A stretch of 61,766 nucleotides of DNA, the filler included. It is 3 parts of 3 records of this genome, joined end to end, with 100 filler letters (N's around TTAATTAATTAA, not from the genome) between each part and the next. Parts side by side here need not be neighbours in the genome. Positions count along the whole stretch, not along the records: positions 38,293 to 61,766 come from DRR723986_3998; 2 more parts are not named here. One strand, 5' to 3'. Position numbers and translations under genes: made by a program. This document shows, one piece after another, positions 57,302 to 61,766 of this stretch (position 1 is its first letter; every line of letters starts with the position of its first letter). The notes below the pieces were generated by a model. It was given only the letters and a program-made list of their open reading frames with translations. It was not told where the DNA came from and did no database searches.

Positions 57302-57719
57302 GGTCAAAACCAACAAGGCGACAGGCCCGGCGTTGCGAGACATCATGATACCGCATTGCACAAAGCGCTGCCGCTCGTCACTCGTTGTCAGCTCTTTCCA
57401 AGCATATCCTTCAGGGCAGCGCTGCCCAGCATCGTATCCGCCAGAAAACGCTTCAACTGGGCGTTCTCGTCCGCGTGTCCTGCAGCATTGCCGCGTCCGA
57501 GACCTTCCTGCCGTCGTACTTCGACTTGAATTTGTAAAATGTGCCCTAGCTAAGACCATGCTTACGGCACACCTCTGCCATCGGCATTCCAGCTTCCTGT
57601 TCTTTGATCATCCCAATAATCTGGGCTTCGCAAAATTGCCTCTTTCGCACCTGTTTTCTCCTTCGAAAACGTTGAGCAAGCTCTACATCGAGGTGAGAGA
57701 AGTTTCGGGGTGCAGGTCA
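57302..57719 (-). mobile_element. Truncated IS3-family (IS407 group) element
   Basis: TGACCTGCACCCC end; EAQIIGMIKEQEAGMPMAEVCRKHGL; SQRRACRLVG; related to the 42887 copy. Confidence 0.85.
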
Positions 57720-57829
57720 ATGGATATATGGGGACTGCTTCCAGCCTTAGGCATGTAACTTTGGATCTTTTTTTGGGGGGGCGAGTTTCGCTAATACGTG
57801 TCGTTTTTGGAGAGGTTAACCACGAATGC

Positions 57830-58205
57830 TGAGGACTCTTTACCTAGTGTTAACCACAGTGACCCAAGGGTGTATCAAGCTAAAAATGAGATCTGACTTG
57901 GAGCTTTTCTGTGCAGAGTTGCCACTGGTTTTTCGAGGCTATAGAATCGTTCACCAATGATTCTCGCGAAGCGAATTCTGATAGTCTGCTAATAGGGCTT
58001 TCATCGGTCATCGATATATTTGTAACGGAGGCAGGTCTTTCAATCGAAGATCAAGCGGCTTATCCCAGCTGCTTAGCTTGGCGGAGACACTCGCAGAATC
58101 AAAAGGTTTAGAGAAAATTCAACGGTTGAGAGCGTGTCTGAAGTAGATTCGTTCAGCATCCTTTTGAAAACGGATCATGGAAGTGGAAGTTGGCTTGTTA
58201 TGTTT
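57830..58205 (+). pseudogene. Decayed duplicate of the small-ORF pair at 59248-59732
   Basis: MQSCHWFFEAIESFTNDSREANSDSLLIGLSSVIDIFVTEAGLSIEDQ aligns to 59505-59650, then frameshifts; 3' end of the first ORF is also present. Confidence 0.8.
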
Positions 58206-59196
58206 TCGAACCTATTCGGCGAGCCCCAGAAAGTTTCTGTGGCCTGAGAGCGGTTTAAGGGCAGCCATTTTCAACAGGCCGACTGACGACGATGCAAGCA
58301 TTCCGTTAGATATTACGCAAATAGACTGAACGAAAAATTATCATGAAGCTAGACCCTGAAAATGACTGTGTTCATGTAAGCCCGCGGGTTATCCACAAAA
58401 AAATGGCGGCTCGGAGGGGCGGGGGTTGCTTTGTTAAAGTCATTATCCTCATGCTGTCTTATGGGGTCATAAGTGCAGTCTTGATGGGGGCATGGACACT
58501 TTTGTCTGGGATCTGGCTGTAGGTCTCAATGGAGGCTCGAGGGCGGGCAAGGAACACAAGCCGAGAGCTTTTTACATAACGTTTTGAATACGCCCGTGTA
58601 TCTGGCGTCAGTATCTAAAAATTCAAATAGATCTATTAATAAAATCTCATTCAATCGCAGTCATGCTTTCAGAAGAGGAAAGGGTTTGGTATGCAGTTTG
58701 ATTATTATAAAGATGAGCTAAAATTGAGACGTCGGTTGCTGTTTCGGATTCTAAAAACTTTTGATTTTGACAAGCCGACGTTTCGACCATTTGATCGAAC
58801 ATATTTACCTGTCGGGAAAAATATCCACGACAATTGGTTCACCAGCTCCTAAGCTTCTCAGCTTCGACATCTGATTGGTCAAACCTAGGATTGCCCTTGG
58901 CGTCAGGGGACTAGCTTCTGTCAAGTACATACCTAGAGATCTGATCCTGAAGTGTTTTCAGTTTGTGGGGGAAATGCAGCCTGCCACGAAGTGTGCTGGC
59001 ATCTGCCGTGCTGCGTCATGATCCTTCACCTGGGTGATGATGTTCGCTGATAGCTAATAACAGTCCAATGCTGCCTTTCGTAGGAGGGAGTGGTGCCAAA
59101 TAAAATTGAACTCAAATTTTATGGCTCATGACTAAATGCAAGTACAACTCTTGGGTGTGGCCGGACTCCGCCTAACTAGATTTCGCCGTTCGTAGG

Positions 59197-59212
59197 GTTA
59201 AGACAAAATTAA
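59197..59212. promoter_or_regulatory. CtrA binding site
   Basis: GTTAA-GACAAAA-TTAA = reverse complement of TTAA-N7-TTAAC, about 35 nt upstream of an ORF. Confidence 0.7.
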
Positions 59213-59247
59213 GAAGTGAATTCTAGGCAGTTTGAAAATTTTGGGTA

Positions 59248-59490
59248 ATGAGGTTGAGAACGATGGACGAAGCATTCCTGATCAAAGTGAATGAAATCAT
59301 TCAACGGCTGGAGGCTGAAGGATTTAAGAAGACTGCTTCCAGTCTCAGGTATGCTACTCAGGATCTGCGGAGTAGCGAGTTCTGTCAAAATATGATGGCT
59401 CTGGAAGCGGGGGCGATGATCGTTGAGAGTTCTTTACCACGTGTTAACCACACTGAGCGAAGGATATATCAAATCAAGACTAGGATCTGA
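59248..59490 (+). CDS. Small hypothetical protein (alternative start 59263)
   Basis: Open frame; C-terminus LPRVNH...YQ conserved in the duplicate copy. Confidence 0.6.
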   Translation: MRLRTMDEAFLIKVNEIIQRLEAEGFKKTASSLRYATQDLRSSEFCQNMMALEAGAMIVESSLPRVNHTERRIYQIKTRI

Positions 59491-59504
59491 ATTGGAGTTT
59501 GGTT

Positions 59505-59732
59505 GTGCAGAGTTACCACTGGTTTACCGAGATTATCGAAGAACTCAGCAACGATGCTCGCGAATCGAAATCTGACAATCTTTTGCTTGGGCTATCATCA
59601 GTCATCGATACATTCGTAACGGAGGCTGATCTTCCAATCGAAGACCAAGAGAGATTATCACAGCTACAATGCTTGGCTGCGACATCAAAGGGATCGAAGA
59701 AAATTCAACAGCTGCGAACCAGTATGGCCTAG
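59505..59732 (+). CDS. Small hypothetical protein
   Basis: GGAG RBS then GTG; duplicate at 57911 differs largely by synonymous or conservative changes, supporting coding status. Confidence 0.7.
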   Translation: MQSYHWFTEIIEELSNDARESKSDNLLLGLSSVIDTFVTEADLPIEDQERLSQLQCLAATSKGSKKIQQLRTSMA

Positions 59733-60569
59733 GGGCTGTTTACGTTCATTTTATGTGAATGATTGTTGCTGCGATAGAGATGAAGGCTTTGAAGCTTTGG
59801 TCAGTTTTACATGAGCGCATCGCTATCCCTCTGTTTTCCTTCAGTTTGCCAAAGTAGTTTTCGATCAGGTGGCGCCATTTGTAGGTCTCCTTGTCGAACT
59901 CTGCCGGGAACTTCCGATTGGATTTCGGTGGTATGACCGGAATAATGTCGCGATCCAGAAGGTCGTTTCTTAGCCAATCCGCATCGAAGGCCCGGTCCGC
60001 CAGCAAATGTCCGGCGGACAGATCACGGATCAGCGTACCGGTCTAGCGCAGGTCGTGGGCTTGCCCGGGCATCAGGCAGAAGTCGACAAGGTTGCCGAGC
60101 GCGTCCGTCAGGGCCAGTATCTTTGTCGTTATACCACCACGAGAGCGCCCGATGGCCTGGCACAGAGTCCCCCTTTTGCGCCTTGGCCTGACCGATGAAC
60201 CTTGACGATAGTGCCGTCGATCATGGCGTATTCGAGGTCGGATTCCGAGGCTAATACTTTAAACATATGATAGAAAGCGTCGGCCTTGACCCATCTGCGA
60301 AACCGTTTGAACACGCTGTTCCACTTTCTAAATTCATTTGGCAACTCGCGCCACTGCGCCCCGATGCGCACAATCCACAGAACCGCCTCCAGGAATAGTC
60401 GGGGATCGCGCCCGGTTTGTCCTGGATCAGTAGATTTGCCGAGGCAATAGGGTTCGAGAATTGCCCACTGGGCGTTGGTTAAAATTCTTCGGGTCAAGGC
60501 TGCTCTCCATTGTTTGCAACCTTGAATCAGAAATCAGTTGATTTGAGAATCCTGAACGTCAACAGCCCC
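59732..60569 (-). mobile_element. IS5-family (IS427 group) element, 838 bp, TA target duplication, nonsense mutation in orfB
   Basis: IRs GGGGCTGTTTACGTTCA / GGGGCTGTTGACGTTCA; orfA 60129-60497; AAAAGGGGG frameshift site; in-frame TAG at 60043-60045; LADRAFD and RHLIENYFGKLK. Confidence 0.93.
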
Positions 60570-60824
60570 TAGTTAATTCATTTTTTTGAAGCGGGATTAT
60601 GGGAGTAGCGGTTGGCTTGCTCTGTTCTTTTTGCCAATACCTTCTGGTCGGGTTCTAGACATCGAAACGCTGCATATCAGTGACCAGCCCAGGCACAACA
60701 TTCGTGCCGCGCCCAACTTTCGATCTGCTGCTAGCATGAAGCCCTGAGCTCACTTACCGGGCACAAATATGCCCGAACCTCTCGATAAAGGGAGGACATA
60801 TCGAATTTGGATTTGGAGTTTTTC

Positions 60825-61171
60825 ATGCGTCACCTGTTTCAGCTCTAGGAGTTGCGCTGTTTGTCACGACCTTCGCTAGTGCGGAGACTATCGCCCCTCG
60901 TGAGGCCGCTCAGTATGTCGGAAGTTCTTTAACGATAGAGGGGGTAGTTTCTCAAGTATCTAGAAGCCGTGGTGGGACGATCTTTATCAACTTTGGTGGA
61001 TGGTTTCCCAATCATGTCCTCTATGCGGTCATTTTCAAAAAATACGTCCCTAAGTTCTGGAGTTTAGGTGGGCTTGTAGTGCAATCTGTTGGAAAAAGTA
61101 GAGCTATCGAAATCTTTAAAGGCATGCCCTAGATCATCTTGTTTTCGCCGAGCCGGATCGCGCAATGCTAA
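60825..61171 (+). pseudogene. Secreted OB-fold protein pseudogene
   Basis: ALFVTTFASA-ETIAPREAAQYVGSSLTIEGVVSQV...TIFINFGGWFPNH.LYAVIF...KGMP*IIL; frameshift after ATG, TAG at 61130. Confidence 0.7.
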
Positions 61172-61766
61172 AAGTCAGCAAGAGTTCTCCAACCACGCCA
61201 GAATATCAGAAATCTAGGTTGATTATAGTCAAAAAGTGGGGAAACCCTTGCAATTTGTACATCTAGTTAGGTCGACGGGGGGGCGCCATCCGAGCGATAT
61301 GGAAAGCTAAAAGGCAGCGTTAGATTGCTGTTACCAGCCCGTAGCGGACCTTAACGCCAGCTATCGGCAGCACCCCTTTTGAGAAATTCACACTCTGTTA
61401 ACCAGAATCATCGAATGTTTTGTTGAGGTAGCGGCTATGAGCCTGTGTTTGGCCGACGGGGAGGAATTCCCCGTGTCGCGGGGACTAACTGTGCCCTGCG
61501 ACCTTCTCTATTGGCTTTGCGCGACGGATATTTTTGCAAACTAGAACAGAGATAGTTGCAGGAGAATATTTTGGAGCACAGCTTAGCTGGTGCAACCACT
61601 GTTTCCGCGTGCATGCCTTCTATCTAACTTGTAGAAAGGGAGGAGCCAAGAAAGGCGCGGGGCAGCCACGTTGTAAAACTTTGAAAAGCCCGCTTTTACG
61701 CAAAGTGGTCGTCCGCAGCAGGTGACTGTTCCCAGTCCTTAGCTGGCGTCCGGATTGTGAACCCAT

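Noticed and set aside
58389-58397. Perfect DnaA box TTATCCACA
   Set aside because: Single copy with no cluster, rep or par gene; insufficient for an origin.
1-61766. CRISPR array, rRNA, prophage or anti-phage defence system
   Set aside because: No regularly spaced repeats or recognisable cas, phage or defence motifs seen; unassigned ORFs such as 39286-39711 cannot be excluded without a profile search.

Overview
Draft-genome window from a Rhodobacteraceae (Roseobacter-group-like) alphaproteobacterium. It is three contigs joined by artificial 100-nt spacers (N44-TTAATTAATTAA-N44 at 20995-21094 and 38193-38292), so adjacency across the spacers is not evidence. Contig 1 (1-20994) carries a sugar ABC/IclR cluster, a complete general stress response locus (phyR, nepR missed by the ORF track, ecfG, HisKA_2 kinase, with six EcfG-type promoters), a LysR/TAXI-TRAP/amidohydrolase/leuCD-paralogue catabolic operon, an RsrR-type Rrf2 gene and an MCP fragment. 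Contig 2 (21095-38192) is the most unusual part: two metabolic cargo cassettes in tandem, delimited by three copies of the tRNA-Ser(CGA) 3' half. Each cassette is framed by the same homologous non-coding left and right arms, and there is no integrase gene, which suggests an array of non-autonomous tRNA-targeted cassettes. Contig 3 (38293-61766) is a visibly AT-richer island full of decayed IS elements. It retains intact sulfotransferase-like, GT2 and RTX genes (one with a glycoside-hydrolase-like domain) and a duplicated small-ORF pair behind a perfect CtrA box. No CRISPR array, rRNA or complete tRNA is visible. All family calls come from motif recognition by eye, not database searches.
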